NCBI RefSeq assembly: GCF_009914755.1
Contig: NC_060938.1
Strand: one strand, 5' to 3'
Source: the human T2T-CHM13v2.0 reference genome, Homo sapiens
Length of the DNA stretch: 64,000 nt
Within the stretch, counting starts at the first letter, position 1, and each line of letters begins with the position of its first letter. The position numbers and the translations under genes were made by a program. Below, piece after piece: positions 11,301-25,269 of the stretch. The notes beneath the pieces are model-generated. The model was not told where the DNA came from. It did not search any database and saw nothing but the letters and a program-made list of their open reading frames with translations.

Positions 11301-14049
11301 ACTAACTTTATTTAATGAAGAAAAAAGGTGAAAAAATTTCACCATTCAAAGTCCAAAATAAGAATTTGAATATATAAACATAAGCAAGCTAGCAACATAA
11401 CCTCTAGCCCTATGATGTACCTATTATGTGAATGCTTCCGTTAGCACAAGAAAAAAGGATCAGATAAATTAGTGAATACCTCAAGGATGTAAGTAGAAAC
11501 ATTTTAGATTTATAGCAAGAAGCAAGTAGAATGGTGTTATCAACTGCTTATAAATATTAAACACATAGGAGACAAGTTTGCAAATGCAAACTTACTTCTT
11601 GTCATACTGTACCAGTGTAGTACAAATTATATCATTAAAATACAATGTTAAAAGCTTTAAAGCGTCAAGGATCTCACAATCCATAGGTATGTTCAAGAAT
11701 TAAGTCCTCTTGTTTCTAAATAATGTCTGTATTTAGTATCCAGTAGCCATCATTTGTACAGGAGAAAGAAAGTGAGGGTAGTTAGTTTAAATGTAATTAA
11801 TTAAGTTTACCATGAGTAAACTTATATTTGATTGACTATTAATACCAATAAATAAATGATTCCATACGTAAATAATAGCAATAGTAATTCCAATGAAAGT
11901 TTAGTGTTTGTGTCCTTAAATCTTTCAATGGCATTAACATGTGCCCTTAAACTTCTATTTTGCCTGCCTGGTATAAATAGAATTAAGAAAAATATCTTAA
12001 TGTTAAATACCAGGTAGGTGAAACTTTTCTTCCCTAAATAATTTCTTCAGGTGTGTTGTCACATTTCTCAGCTGACCAATTAATTAAAATCTAGGTAACA
12101 GTTGGTTTTGCTCAACGAATGTCCAGCCTAGCAGTTCAGTGAATGATGGCCACCCCATAATCTCAATAATTCCTCCAGGATGTCAGCTTGTCATGGCCTG
12201 ACCATGAAACATAACTTGACAAATAAAGGAAGTGAGTTACTATACAAACCAACCTGTGCTCAGACCATGTTTTAATATTTTATATGTGTTTATCTGGCAT
12301 AATATTATAGTATTTTTTCAGTCTGTCTTGTAGCAGTTCATTCTGGACACTATTTATCTTTAGTAATAATTGCTTTTAATGCCAAGAAATTACTTTATTC
12401 TATATCCTCCAGCTCTCCTAGACCCACCTCATGTGTTCAGCAAAAGTTTCTAAGTCATCAACTACTTTACTCTTTGGCGGTTTCAATTCTAGCCTTTTGA
12501 AACAGCCCATAAGTGATAATGAAATGCATAAAGCAATGAGAAACAGAATCCAATTACATCTACCTGCATAGTTCAGCTGCACACCAAGTAACAATAAACA
12601 GGCATTCTTAAGTCACAGCATTTCACTGGAAATGGGGCAGAACTTGTGTATTTTAACAACTTTCAACAACAAGTAACCACTACAGCATTTATTTTACTTT
12701 CTGAAAGAAAACCAGAGAAGGTTCATAATTTAAACCAAAGAGTCTTTCAGTCTTGAAGACAAAAAGCACTTCTGCTCAGCACCTGAGTAATAATGTGGGA
12801 TGTGTACAGGTGAATTAAGAAGACTGGCCTCAAAGATAGTTTGTCTTCAGCTGGTCTGAAATGTCTGACTCCTTTCCAGCCCTGGGATCATTTATTATCC
12901 AGCAAAGAAAGGCTGGGTTTTTGCTCCACAAACACAGAGCTGGTCCTCAGCTTATGATGATTTACCATGTCTGCTCCGTAATGCATGACACACACTGCTT
13001 CAGAATGGCTTCTCCCCATATATAGACACACACATCTGATGATATTTTAGGTCTGATTTACTTTTGTGCCATTGAAACCAGAGTGTTCTGGTCACCTGCA
13101 TACATTTTCTCTCTCCAATGTGATACTCAAAACACATTTTAGGGGGTATTTTATATTAAACCATATGTATCTGAACATATACAGTGAAAGCATCTCAGGT
13201 TTTATTAGGTTAGTAATCCGATATTCATTTTTCCTCTTAGAAGGAACTGTCTTTAAGACCTAGAGGTATTGCACCCAAAACACATTTCAGGCATTACTCG
13301 ATTCTAAATGATATGTATGTGGAAATAAATAGTGAAAGCTTCTCAAGGAATGTTGAGTTAGTAACCAGATATTTCTTTTTCCTTGAAGAAGGGACCATCA
13401 TTATTCCAAAGTATGAATATTTTATAACAGCACAGAAAAATATATGGCATTATAAGGGGCTTTAGCTCTGATAGAAGCGTGCACACATCAGTTTAGAAAT
13501 CCTAGTTCTTAAGAATGCAATTCTGACTTTAAATCTACACCATGTACACATTCCCTGACAAATATAACTAGAATTACTGCCTTATTTATGACATACCTAG
13601 GTGTGCAGACTATATGTATAAAGTCAGTGGCTTCGATTTTTTTATTTGCCACTCTAATTAACTGGGATAATACAAGTCAGAAAACAATAAATTCTTAGTT
13701 GGTATATAGCTTTATTTACTTTCCTTAGATATAATGGTAGCGCATACAAGTGGATTCAGTTATGCTTGTCATTCTCTGCAGGCATAAGTTATAAATCTGT
13801 CACAGATAGTTTGGCATAGCTAACAAGTTTGCACTCAGAGAAAACTGTTCTGTAGTAATAAGCAGAGAACAGATAAAAATAATAATAAAGAATCATTGAA
13901 TAAGACCCTGCTTGAAGATAATGAAAGTAAAAAGACATCTAGTAGAAGAACATCATAAAATGATCAACATTAAAAAGCAGAGTACAGTTACTCCACAGTA
14001 TCAAATTGTGATGAAAAGTTTCGCTTTCTAATTCTCTATGTCTAAAGTT

Positions 14050-14353
14050 ATGCTGCCAAATATGTCAGCCACTAGCCACAAGTGGCAATTGTGCACTTGA
14101 AATATGGCTAGGCTGAACTGAAATGTGTTGTAGATATAAAATGCACACCAATTCCAAAGACGCGATACTAAAAACAGAATGTAAAAGACCTCATTAATAT
14201 TTTAAATTAAATATTATGTTAATATTTTAAATTATGTTAAATAAAATGTATTACTAAAATAAATTCCACCTGTTTCTACTTTTCTCTAATGTGGCTATTC
14301 AAAAGTTTGGATTTGTCATATATGGTTTGCATTATATCCCTATAGGACAACAC
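14050..14353. mobile_element. MER3/MER33-like hAT-Charlie MITE
   Basis: gccactagccacaagtggcaattgtgcacttgaaatatggctag ... ttgcattatat...ggacaacact. Confidence 0.7.
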
Positions 14354-14394
14354 TTGGTCTAAAAGATAAAGTCACAGAATGTGAAAACCAGTTG

Positions 14395-14530
14395 AGAACT
14401 TACAAATCATCTTGCCCAGTCTGTTGCATTTGACAAACAAGGAAAGTGAGGCTTACAGAGATCGAGTGATGGGCTCTGGTTAAGCCAGAATTAGAATTGG
14501 ATTCTCTCAGAGGCCAGTGTCTGAATATCA
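14395..14530 (-). mobile_element. MIR fragment
   Basis: aaggaaagtgaggcttacagag core. Confidence 0.5.
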
Positions 14531-15652
14531 GTCCAGCTTTCTTTGAGGGAGAAAAAGAGAGATAATGACTTGTCTCAGTCACCACAATCAAAAGTACATT
14601 CCTTTCAAAACCCTCTTCTCATCTTTGGAAATGTAATACCTATAAGAAGCTTTGATCTTGACTTATAGTCATCTATGTAATCATCTTCATTCTCCTCTTG
14701 ACCTTGGTGATGGACACACCCCAAGGCATGCCTCTTATATACTGTGAAAATTGTTTGTATGTATCCCAATGAAGATTTTTAATTCACATTATTAAGGCAA
14801 GTTATTTAGAAAGTGAATACATTTGTAAACCAAACCAATTTAAAATAAACTTTAAACTTGTCTTTAAAGCACAATAAAGGTTAAGTCATTTTTCCCATGA
14901 GCTCTAGTTTTCTTTCTCAGGAATTCTCCACCTTGTCCCCTGCCTCCTCTGCACTTCCTCCCCGCTGCCTGGCCCCATGCCTACTCAAAGGGCTTCTCCT
15001 TTCTACAGTCAGTTCCCTGTTTATGGGATTTTTTTTTCCTTCGTTGAACAACTTTCACATTTTATTTTTACTGTTATTGCCATGATATCAAGTTTAAGTT
15101 TATATATTAATGTCCATTTCTAGATTCCTATTTTCTAAAAGTCTAGAGTTGAATTGGGACAGTAAATGGAAAACAGAGGAAACAGGAGATGCTTTTCTCA
15201 ACTCTGAGACTTTTAGCCTTCAGTATGGGTTGAAGCATTTTTCAAAGCAGGCAAATAGACAACAATGGGTTTCTTCAAAAAGGTGGGGGAAGGGGCTCTG
15301 GACACATTCTGCATCCAACATGTACAAGAAAACTCTGGGTTAAATACAATTAAACAGTATTCTTTTCCAAAGTACATATCAGAGACTTTATAACGGTAAT
15401 GTACAGTCTGACTCTCCAAGAAGGGGATGTAGTATGCAGAGTTCTCCAAATCTATTTAAATACTGTAAATGCTGTTCTGACAGAGCATCTTAGGAGACTA
15501 GTATTCCATAGAACATATTTTGGGAAACCTTGAACCATGTAATTTGTCGCAAGGTACCTTTATAAAACCACATGTCACCTTTCACATTTATATTATTTCT
15601 GAATAACACCCATGATTTTGTTCATTATTTATCCAATAAACTTTGATTAGCT

Positions 15653-16027
15653 TGTTATGGATTGAACTGTGCCCCCCAATTCATAGGTTAAAATCCTAAT
15701 CCTAATGTGACTACATTTGGAGATAGGGCTGTTAAGGTGGTAATTAAGATTAAATGGGGTCGTAAGAAGGACCTTCATCCAATAGGACTAATATCTTTAT
15801 AAGAAGAGGAAGAAATACCGAAGATATATTTCTTCCTGAAGGTCACATGAGAACATAGCAAGAAAGTTGCCATCTGCAAGCCAGGAAGAAAGGTCCCACC
15901 AGCAACCAACCTGCCGGCACCTTGATCCTGGATTTTTGGCCTCTAGAACTAAGAGAAAATAAATTTCTGTTATTTAAGCCACCCAGTCTGTGGTATATTG
16001 TTATGGCAGCCCTAGCAAATGAATTCA
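15653..16027 (+). mobile_element. MLT1B-like MaLR solo LTR
   Basis: Begins tgttatggattgaactgtgcccccc, ends atggcagccctagcaaatgaattca; internal AATAAA. Confidence 0.85.
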
Positions 16028-17352
16028 CAATTCCTATTATGTTTAGGAGATGCAAACGGTGAACAGACATAGCCCCTGGCTACTGGGAATTTGCATTCTA
16101 GTTCAAGGGCAGTGTGGGAAATACTGAGTAAGTTTCTTGTATGAAGCTAATCAATTACTTGATACAGAGTCAGCAGCTTGTTTCCCCACAACCTAACATC
16201 CAACTGACATTCTTATTGCACGGGAATACTCAAATTATTTGTTTTGCAAATACCTAGCTGAAGAAATGAGCCAGCTGGACCTCTTACCTCTCTCTCATTT
16301 TCTGGAAAAACCTGGAATTGCAGCAAGGAATGCATATTCTAGGCTCCCCTCCACAACTGCTCTCCAGGAGCTCAAGGCTCTACACCCTCCATTTCCTCAG
16401 CAATGGCTGCAGGAACCACAGTGAGCCCTCTCTGCCCCCTAACTCTCCAGAAGAAAAACAAAGCAACCTGAAGTCAACCCCATCTGTCATATACCCTAGA
16501 GGCAGTCTTCTCTATCTGTTTCAGAGACAATGTTTTGGTAACTAAACCACTAACCAAAAACTACTCACTACTTCTTTAAAAATACACAAAAAGAGCAATA
16601 GTTTAACAATAGTTTGCCTTCTCTACTGCCATTACAAAAAAAAAAAAAAAACTATAACCAAATAGCCTACTTTAAAGCAATCAATTCTGTTTAGAAAGAG
16701 GATTCAAGCAACATAATACCTTAAAATAGAAAGAGAATGTTAAAAAATAATAATAAACAGGAAATGCAGGGATTGCTGACTAGTTATATTATTTCCACTA
16801 TTTTTTCCACAGCACTGTCTCTAAATTATTGAACTCTCTGCATCTCAAAGCCAAACCCCTTACAAACCAATGAACAGACCTTGATTATTCTAGCCATGTT
16901 GCTGGAGCAAATAAAACAAATAGGGCCTCTCTTATCCACAGACACGTCCATTCAACAAAGTCCTTATGTCTAAATATTTGTGCAAGGTATGCATTTTTTT
17001 TTTGCAAAGAATTGTTTTGCAAAAGCATCAACAAATAATTTAAAATAATAGTACTAAAGCAATTCAATAACTATTAAGATGATCCAGTCTAGGCCTGGCT
17101 GGTGGAAATATTGCACAATTCTACACACAAACAACACAGAATCAATTCAGAGCTTCTAATACAGGCTTCTAGGTTATCCAGAGATCACAACTGCTAAGAC
17201 CCTGCATTCTGAAAGCCCACAAAATGATTCGCTGGTTACATATACTACAAGTAGAGGACTCCTGCAATGACTTCATTTTTGCCCATGCTTCAGGTAGTCT
17301 TGCTTCAGGTACAATGAAAGCAGAGTAAACTTGGGCCAATAAAAGAGAATCA

Positions 17353-17657
17353 GGCAGGGTGCAGTGGCTCATGCCTGTAATCCCAGCACTTTGGGAGGCC
17401 AAGGAGGGCAGATCACTTAGGTCAGAAGTTCAAGACCAGCCTGGCCAACATGATGAAACCCCATCTCTACTAAAAATACAAAATTAACTGGGCATGGTGG
17501 TGCGTGCCTGTAATCCCAGCTACTCACAGGCTGAGGCAGGAGAATCACCTGAGCCTAGGAGGTGGAGGTGCAGTGAGCCGAGATTGCGCCACTGCACTCC
17601 AGCCTGGGCAATAGAGCAAGATTCCATCTCAAAAAGAAAAGAAAGAAAGAAAAAAGA
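17353..17657 (+). mobile_element. AluSx-like with (GAAA)n tail
   Basis: Full dimeric Alu; TSD-like aaaagagaatca / aaagaaagaatca. Confidence 0.95.
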
Positions 17658-17708
17658 AAGAATCAGAGTAGAATAAATAAATGATTGTCTTCTTTCCTTT
17701 GGTTTTTG

Positions 17709-17791
17709 GCAATGTAGATATTTAAGCAGGAAATAGAAACAAATAGAAATTTATATGTAAATTCTATTTCCTGCTTAAATATCTACATTGT
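17709..17791 (-). ncRNA. MIR4503: MIR4503 precursor hairpin (mature UUUAAGCAGGAAAUAGAAUUUA at 17758-17779)
   Basis: Perfect 29-bp inverted repeat (17710-17738 / 17762-17790). The minus-strand sequence matches miR-4503 as I recall it. Confidence 0.88.
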
Positions 17792-19299
17792 CAATTTCAA
17801 TTTGTGGGGAGGAAGTCATTTATTATTTCTTGTTCTTAAAGATTCTTATATTTACATGTCTATTGTTTCTGTTGATAAGTTTCTTAAAAGGTAGAATTCT
17901 TTTCTTAATTTTATTACTATACTATCACATGTAAATGGTCACTAAATGTAGGAGTCTCATCCTGAGCAAGGACAAATGACATTGTATTAGAAACAAACTG
18001 TAGACCGAATAAGTCTAGACTTAAAAAAAGTCCCACCATTTTCCAGATCCTTGGGGTTTAAACTGACAATTCTTGGGAATGCCATGATAAAATAACTAAG
18101 GGTAAAAACAAGACAAAACAAAAACAGTGATTCCTTAGCGTTGTGACAATAAATCCCCAAATACAAGGGTCCCATTTTTATCCAGTCAGCAAGGGTGTGG
18201 CCTTGGGCAAAAAGACTACACCTTCTGTAGCTTGGGTTTGGTTCCCAAGTTGTCATGTTTCAGGAATGAAGAACGGGATATTCAAGAAGACTTCTCTCAA
18301 ATGACGGGCTATTTACAGAGCATTTAGATCTGGTTACTCATCTATCATCAAGCTGTGGCTATCCAGTGTTCTCTGGATCCTTCAGTGGTGTTGTGGAATT
18401 TGATTTTTATCATTTTGCTATTCTACCTCTGCCTCTATCTATTTAGTTTTGAGGTATCAATTGCCTGTATTATGGTCCATGTCTAAACACTGCTTTTGGT
18501 TATCAAGGGTTGAATATCAGAAAATATTTAGTTAACGATAACAAGATGTACTATAAGCTATTACTAATCAGCAATGTGCTTGAACTTTAAAATGTTTCTT
18601 AATCATCAACTTTTGAATTTCATATAAATATAGCAAGATATTTTTGGGCTGCTTTGTGTAAATGGCAGGCTGAGCTAAATAACAAAGCTCATACTAATAT
18701 TTTTCTATGTAGCCCAAAAGATTCACATTGTTTATAACATAAAGATGGCATAAACAGATGATATTAATAAAATTTAGTCATACATCTCACTATATAGTCA
18801 TATAGATAGCATATATAGTCAGAAATACAAAATACAAAGAAAAAGTCAAAACAGAACAAAACACGATTGTGAAGTTTATAAGTGGTTAGCTCAAAACTGA
18901 AAAAAATATGAATCCCTGCACAATGTAGGTTAACATTCAGTAGATGACAAAATGAACAGAGGTAAAAATTCTTAGATAATTTTCTTTATTTCATATCGCA
19001 AACAAATGGCTAAAAGTTAGTGTTCCTTACTGGCAGAAACTCATTTTGGCACAAAGTTTTTCAACATAAAAATTTTTTCAGCATAAGACCATAAACAGTA
19101 TTTCAAATACTACATTTGCTATTAATTGGAAAGACAGAGTATAAATCTGTCACTTCGGAAATTATCATCACAATAGAGGAATTTCTTCAAAAATACTTAC
19201 CACATAGGCATTTTAGACACTCTTGTGGTTAAGAAATATTAAATTTATTAGATATTTAATACATGCTTAAGTGTATATTATGTGCCAGACACTCTGAAG

Positions 19300-19850
19300 G
19301 GAAAAAAATTGTAAATAGCTTGGTTTTCCAACTGCCTACTGGACATCTTCACATGGAATAATTAGTTTTTTCAATAACATTCTGACTTTATTTGACATCT
19401 ACAATGTATTAGAAACTGGAGAGTCAAAGGTGAATACAACATGATTCTGTAGAACCAGACTATCATACTGGTGGCCACAACCAAACTGATCGTCCCATCT
19501 CTTCTAAACCTGCTCTCATTTTTATTAATTATCATAGTCACTCAGCTGAAACCTGAAAGTCAATCTTGATGCATCATCCCCAGTAAAAAATGTCTCTGAT
19601 TGTCCTTTGTAATTTCTGCCTCATGTTTCTTCTCCACACCCTTTTACGGAATTCTCTCCCTCTCATCAGGACCTCCCAACTGGCCTCTCCACCTTTGTTG
19701 TCTTTATCCTCCCCCCATCCTAGAGAAGTCCTCCTTAGCATAATCCTCGTCTGCTAAAGACTTTCCATTTCTCCTTACTAACTACAGAGGAAGGCCTGAA
19801 ATCTCTAGCTTGACTTCCCAACGTCCTTGCTGATCTGACCCCAACTTAGG
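19300..19850 (+). mobile_element. L2 fragments
   Basis: tccaactgcctactggacatcttcacatgga and ctgctaaagactttccatttctcc. Confidence 0.55.
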
Positions 19851-19865
19851 TTTCCATTATTTTCT

Positions 19866-20150
19866 TTATAAGGAAAACACATACATACATATATATATAT
19901 AAGAAATAATATATATTTAATTGGAATTATATTTTTAATTGACACATAAAATTCATATATATGTATTATGTATAATATGATGTTCTGAAATAGTCCAGAT
20001 CTATTGTTCAGCATGGTAACTATAGTAAATAACAATGTATTGTATTTTCAAAATCGCTACGAGAGTAGATTTTAAGTATTGTCACCACACAAAAAAATGA
20101 TAAATATGTGGGCTAATGCAAATGTTAACTAGCTCGATTGAGCCATTCCA
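19866..20150 (-). mobile_element. Short L1MA insertion with 5' inversion
   Basis: Antisense L1MA terminus at about 19927-19992 joined to a sense L1MA 3' UTR at about 19993-20150; 14-bp TSD TTCCATTATTTTCT at 19852-19865 and 20146-20159. Confidence 0.8.
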
Positions 20151-20249
20151 TTATTTTCTGATTCCTCCACTTGTCCTTTCCTTTCCTTCCTCTACCTTTC
20201 TTCATTTTCTTTGTACCTGCAATGACTTCCCTCTACTTCCACCTATTTA

Positions 20250-20570
20250 AGGGAGGCACAAATTCTAGGCATCCTTTAAGGCCCAGCTCAAATATTGCCA
20301 CTCCTAGGATGTTTAGCCAGAGCCATCCAGCTAGAACCAATGATTACTTCTGCATATGTACCTCCCAACCCTATATATAACTTTCTAAGGACATGAGCCA
20401 CTTTCTACTTCATATTTGGGGAGTTTTTGCATGTTTTTTCTCCACTCTACTTTTGAAGCCATCTGAAAGTTATCTGTCTGATGTGTCTTTGTACCTTCCT
20501 CAAAACCTGGCCTAGTGTAGACATTCAATAAATGCTTGTTAAGTGGGTGAGTAAATGAAAGAATGAATGG
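20250..20570 (+). mobile_element. L2 3' end
   Basis: aaggcccagctcaaatattgcc ... tagacattcaataaatgcttgttaagtgggtgagtaaatgaaagaatgaatg. Confidence 0.7.
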
Positions 20571-22779
20571 GCAAACAAACTAAAAATAACTAAAGATGGA
20601 CATGGTAAAATTCACTTGAATGGTATAATCATCAAAAAAGAAGAATGCACTCCATTGCTCAAGAGGTTATAATAACTAGGTATAATGGCTGACATTATGA
20701 AAGAAAGAATTTATGCTAAGTACTTGGAAGATTTTCCCAAAGGATTACTTTTGTACTGTGATAATTTCCCACTTAGTAATGAAAGAAAATTATCACTTGG
20801 ACTGATACCAAAAGTTTTCCTATTTTTTGTTATAACTCTTTTTATTCATACTGGAAAGGACACTTGGGGACAAGTCTATCCTGTCATTTAGATGGCCTAC
20901 TTGACTTGTTGGTCTCTTATATTTCTGGATTTTCTGATTTTTTTTTAGCCACAGGCACTGCTAGTAGCAACTCACCATTAGTCATGAAGATTTTAACTGC
21001 AGGCACATTAGAGATGACAAACCAAGATTAAAGATGTATGATAAATGTGGTAAAAGCCCCTCTCTTGATTTTTCACATCTACACATCAAGATTTGCACCT
21101 CTGGTAAGGAATACATAGGCCTAAGGTTGTTTTTTTTGTTTTTTGTTTTTTCATTGAAGAGAGTAATTCATCTTGTGGAATGATATCTGTGAAACAACTT
21201 AAGAACTGTTGCCTGTGAGGAGGTGGGACATAGAAAACAGTTTCCACACATACACATACAAAAAGTAGGGACTGTTCAAATCCCAGCTTGGTCCTACCCT
21301 TTGGTGCTGGTCAATAAACTTGGTACCAGATATAAACAAAACATTCCATTCAACATTATGTCAACCTTCAGCAAGTAGGTCATCCATCACTGTACATTAA
21401 TGTTCTGAGCACCTGTAAAATCTGATGTGCATTCTTTCAGGCCATTTTTTTCAACTTTGTGTCTGTCAGAGATACCCCCCACTATATACGTATTATTTAT
21501 GTTGGGAGTAGCTTTCTAAATGTCACCCAAATGAATTAGCATCACGCTGAGCCTCGGAGTTAAGAGAGTCGCCATGTGCATTTATGTGTTTTCTCTCCCC
21601 GAATACTGACACATTTATATCCTTTCCCCGTCTGCTCTGGCTTTGGCAGAGATGCATAGTACACGCAGTTTATTTTACTATGACATGGTGACAAAATAGA
21701 ACTTTATTTATGTGAAGCTGGTTAAAAATGCCCTGACCAAAAAACATGACACCAGTTAAGGAAATCTAATAAAACCTCTCGTAGAAATGGTGTAAAGTAT
21801 AGAGTTTTATTTGGAACTTAATGAGGTTAGTAATGCATACTGTACCTTACTGTGTATACCAAATAACATCAGGCCAATGTGGTGGAATGTTTTTTCTAAA
21901 AAGCAGCCCAATCTCTGTTAATTTAATCAGCCATTCTTAGCTCCCTAGCATTTGCTCATTCATTCATTCGTTTATTTTTTTTGACAAAGAGAGTATTTAT
22001 CACATATCTACTTTAAATAGCTGGAGAGAGATTAGGTTCATTTTTAGATACATGGAACTTCAAACCACTTTTATCAATATTTATCAGTTCCTCTAAGAGT
22101 TTCTGCAGAATTAACTTACGAATAATGGGGATATCCATCAAAGCTGAAGGAAAAAAAACAGAACTGAAATTTGATTTTATGAAATGTTTGTGCTAAATGT
22201 TTTATCATCTAGCAATTATGTTTCAGTATGACAAAAAGAGATACATTCATTTATACATCATGTCATGTGGATTGGCCATGATGATAAAGAAGTATGTACA
22301 AATAATTCAAAAAAGCCCAAAATTCCTAGGTACTTCAAATTCATCTATCTATATGCACAGAAATGAATAAAACGAGAGCTTTTCGTCCAAATGCATATTG
22401 TTTTTCAATGGCACAACACTGAAAAGCTGATTGCAGATTCTAACGATGCTATTTGTTGCCAAAGTGTATTTGGTTCTTGTCTATGAGCATCATAGAAATG
22501 TTGTGGGTCACAAAAGAAAGTCCACCTCATTACTTTAGAGACACAGGTTACTCTTCCAAAGTCATTTTCCCCCTGCCCTTCTTTCCTCCACTTCCCATTT
22601 CTCTCTCATTCCTGGGCCTGGTGCAGCTGCTAGCAAAGATCCAGAGACTCAAGGAAGGGGCAATGCAAACCCAGGAAGACCCTAGGGAGGAAGAGCGGCC
22701 TTAATCAGCATTCACTGGGATGCCTGGGAAAAGCGTTCAGAGCTGATGCTAGGGTGAAACAGGCTGAATGCAGCTGGAA

Positions 22780-22950
22780 CCCTGAGTTCCAGTCCTGGCT
22801 TGCCCATTAATGTGCTGTGTGACTTTGGATAAGGAAATTCAGCTCTCTGGATCTCAGTGTCCTCATCTATAACATAAGTGGGTTGGGAGTAGGACGGGGT
22901 ACCTCAGTTGATCCCCATAGATCCTTTCTGCTTCACAGTTCTATGACTTT
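22780..22950 (+). mobile_element. MIR
   Basis: cctgagttccagtcctggc ... tgtgtgactttggataag ... ctcagtgtcctcatctataa. Confidence 0.75.
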
Positions 22951-24078
22951 ACAGTCCTCTCCTCAGACAAGCACCAAGTTAGAAAGCATCTTTCATCAAC
23001 TGCAATGAAAATGACATAAAATCCCCACATTTGAGAAATCAATCACATTGCCTAAACAAAATTTGACTGATGAGGATTTCAAATGCAGCCGCTGGTGTAA
23101 ATAGTGCATTGAAACAGCAATATTTTTGATGAGAAAAAAGTGGATGCTACATGATTTCCCTTTCAATGTAACTCACTATGTCCACTTAATAATTAGCATT
23201 AGAATAGGCTTCTGGCCAGGTCGTGAAAATAGTTTTATTTATACGGAACTTGTTCTTATAATGATATTCATTTATGTATGGTTTTGTTTAGTATCATTAT
23301 TCTATATATCTTTTTCTCCTGGGTAACTCTAGGCAAAAGCCTAATCTTTCCAATGGAAATGATAAAATATAGCGATTAATTTGAACATATATAACATAGG
23401 ACATGGCTGGGTTCACGTTAGCAGAAAATAAAGGAAGAATATTTCAGAAATTACTTTTTGAGGCTCATTTTTTTTTTAGCTCAACCATTAGGCCTTTATC
23501 ATACACAAGAACAGCTACTGAGGATACTTTAAGCCATTTCTAGGTGTTTGCCTAGACAACCAAACTGCCAACAAGCCTGCCACTGCCTCCATCATCCCAT
23601 AATGCCTAACTGCCTATGAACCAAAGAGCACAAATAGGTAATCATACTCAACACCCTGGGCCCTCCTAAGACAGACAAGATTCACACAGAAACATGGACA
23701 ACTACAGCTCCAGCAACATTCATTTCCAAGTTTTGTCCCATGTAATTGGCATTTATTTCACATTATAAAAAGTAAAGTGAGTCTGAACAAGCCATTTAGA
23801 AAATTGTCCTGTTAAGAATCTCAAAGATTAAACTCCTTTGAAGTTATCCTGCAGGTATGTGTTTCATCATGGTTCTTTACACAATGAATACCAAGCACTA
23901 GTCAGAGACAAGCTTCCCAACTTCACAGAGATATTAAAAGTTATTAACTCTTCCTTGTGGAAACTAGCCTTGTCCCCAGGTGTTGAGGCCTTACCCAGAT
24001 ATGGGAGACTGGCAATCTCCTCCCACAGAACACTGGCTCACACACATGTGTGTAGAGATATACACATAAGCACACGTG

Positions 24079-24084
<6 letters not shown>

Positions 24085-24122
<38 letters not shown>
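24085..24122. repeat. (CA)n microsatellite preceded by (CG)n
   Basis: cgtgcgcgcgcacacaca... Confidence 0.95.
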
Positions 24123-24124
<2 letters not shown>

Positions 24125-25269
24125 CAACAGAGCCAGAAGGGAGGGGGACACAGAGCAAGGCCACTTGGCTGTTAAAAACTTACATGAGGCAGCCAAAAGA
24201 TGAATCAAAACAGAGTGGACAGAACCAGGCCTGCCTGAAGAGAGCCTCCAGAAACAAGACCACACTCTAAAACTGTATTCTACAACCAGCTTCCTGGAAG
24301 ATTAACACATTTCTGCAGGCCTGTTTGTTTAAGCTGTCTGGTGAGACTGTGCATATTGATCTCACGAGCTCCTAGCCTTCTAGTTGTCCAGTAAATAAAT
24401 GGTTCCACCCTATTCAAGCATGGAAGGAGGAAAACACTGGCGTGTGCTTCTCGTGGTTGCCTTCACTATCAGTGCAAATGTCTTATGGAGGAGTACACAG
24501 TATGTGGCATGAATTCAAGGCTCATTTTGCTTTCAGTGGGTGTCGCTGCCATAATGGATTTGTCCCATGTTTCCATGACACACTGACACACTGCTCCCTT
24601 CTCTGCCTGCCCACAGCTCTCCTTCCTTCATCCACTCTACTAGGATCCCTATGATGCAGTGAAGGAAAGTGGGGTTGCCTGCTTTGACTGTTAGATCCCC
24701 ATTAATTTTTATCTGATCTTACTCACTCAAATCAGGACAGGCTCCTATCTACTGTTTCTAAAAATAAACCCCAGGAAATGTCTTTAAACATTCTAATCCC
24801 CAGTACTCTCCCACTGACTGCAGGTGGAGGAGGTGCTGCTTCACCTGCTTTTACAACCTGAGAAATAAAATCCGCAAACCTGAGCATGCCCAGTCCTTGC
24901 CCACGTTTTCCAGGGCCTGAGGGTTCCTAGAGAGGGTAGGCTCTTCACAAAGCCAAAGAAATGGGGAAGAAAGGGCACTGGTCTCATGTCACTAAGGGGT
25001 CTGAGACACCAAAAGGAAAAAATGAAAGGAAGAAAAGGCAACCCGGTTTTTTGCTCATTTTGTTTTCATATCTCTGAATTTCCTGAATCTAGATTCCACA
25101 ATGTAGACCACAATTCCTCTGCCAGTTCCCGGTAAACAGACCAACACATGTTGGCTGTTCCCATGCTTTTTTGTAATAATATTATCAGCAATCAAAAAGT
25201 GGCTCAAACATCTATCTTCTCCTGGAATATTAAGAAAAGAGTTAAGACAGAATATTGAAATAAGGATCA

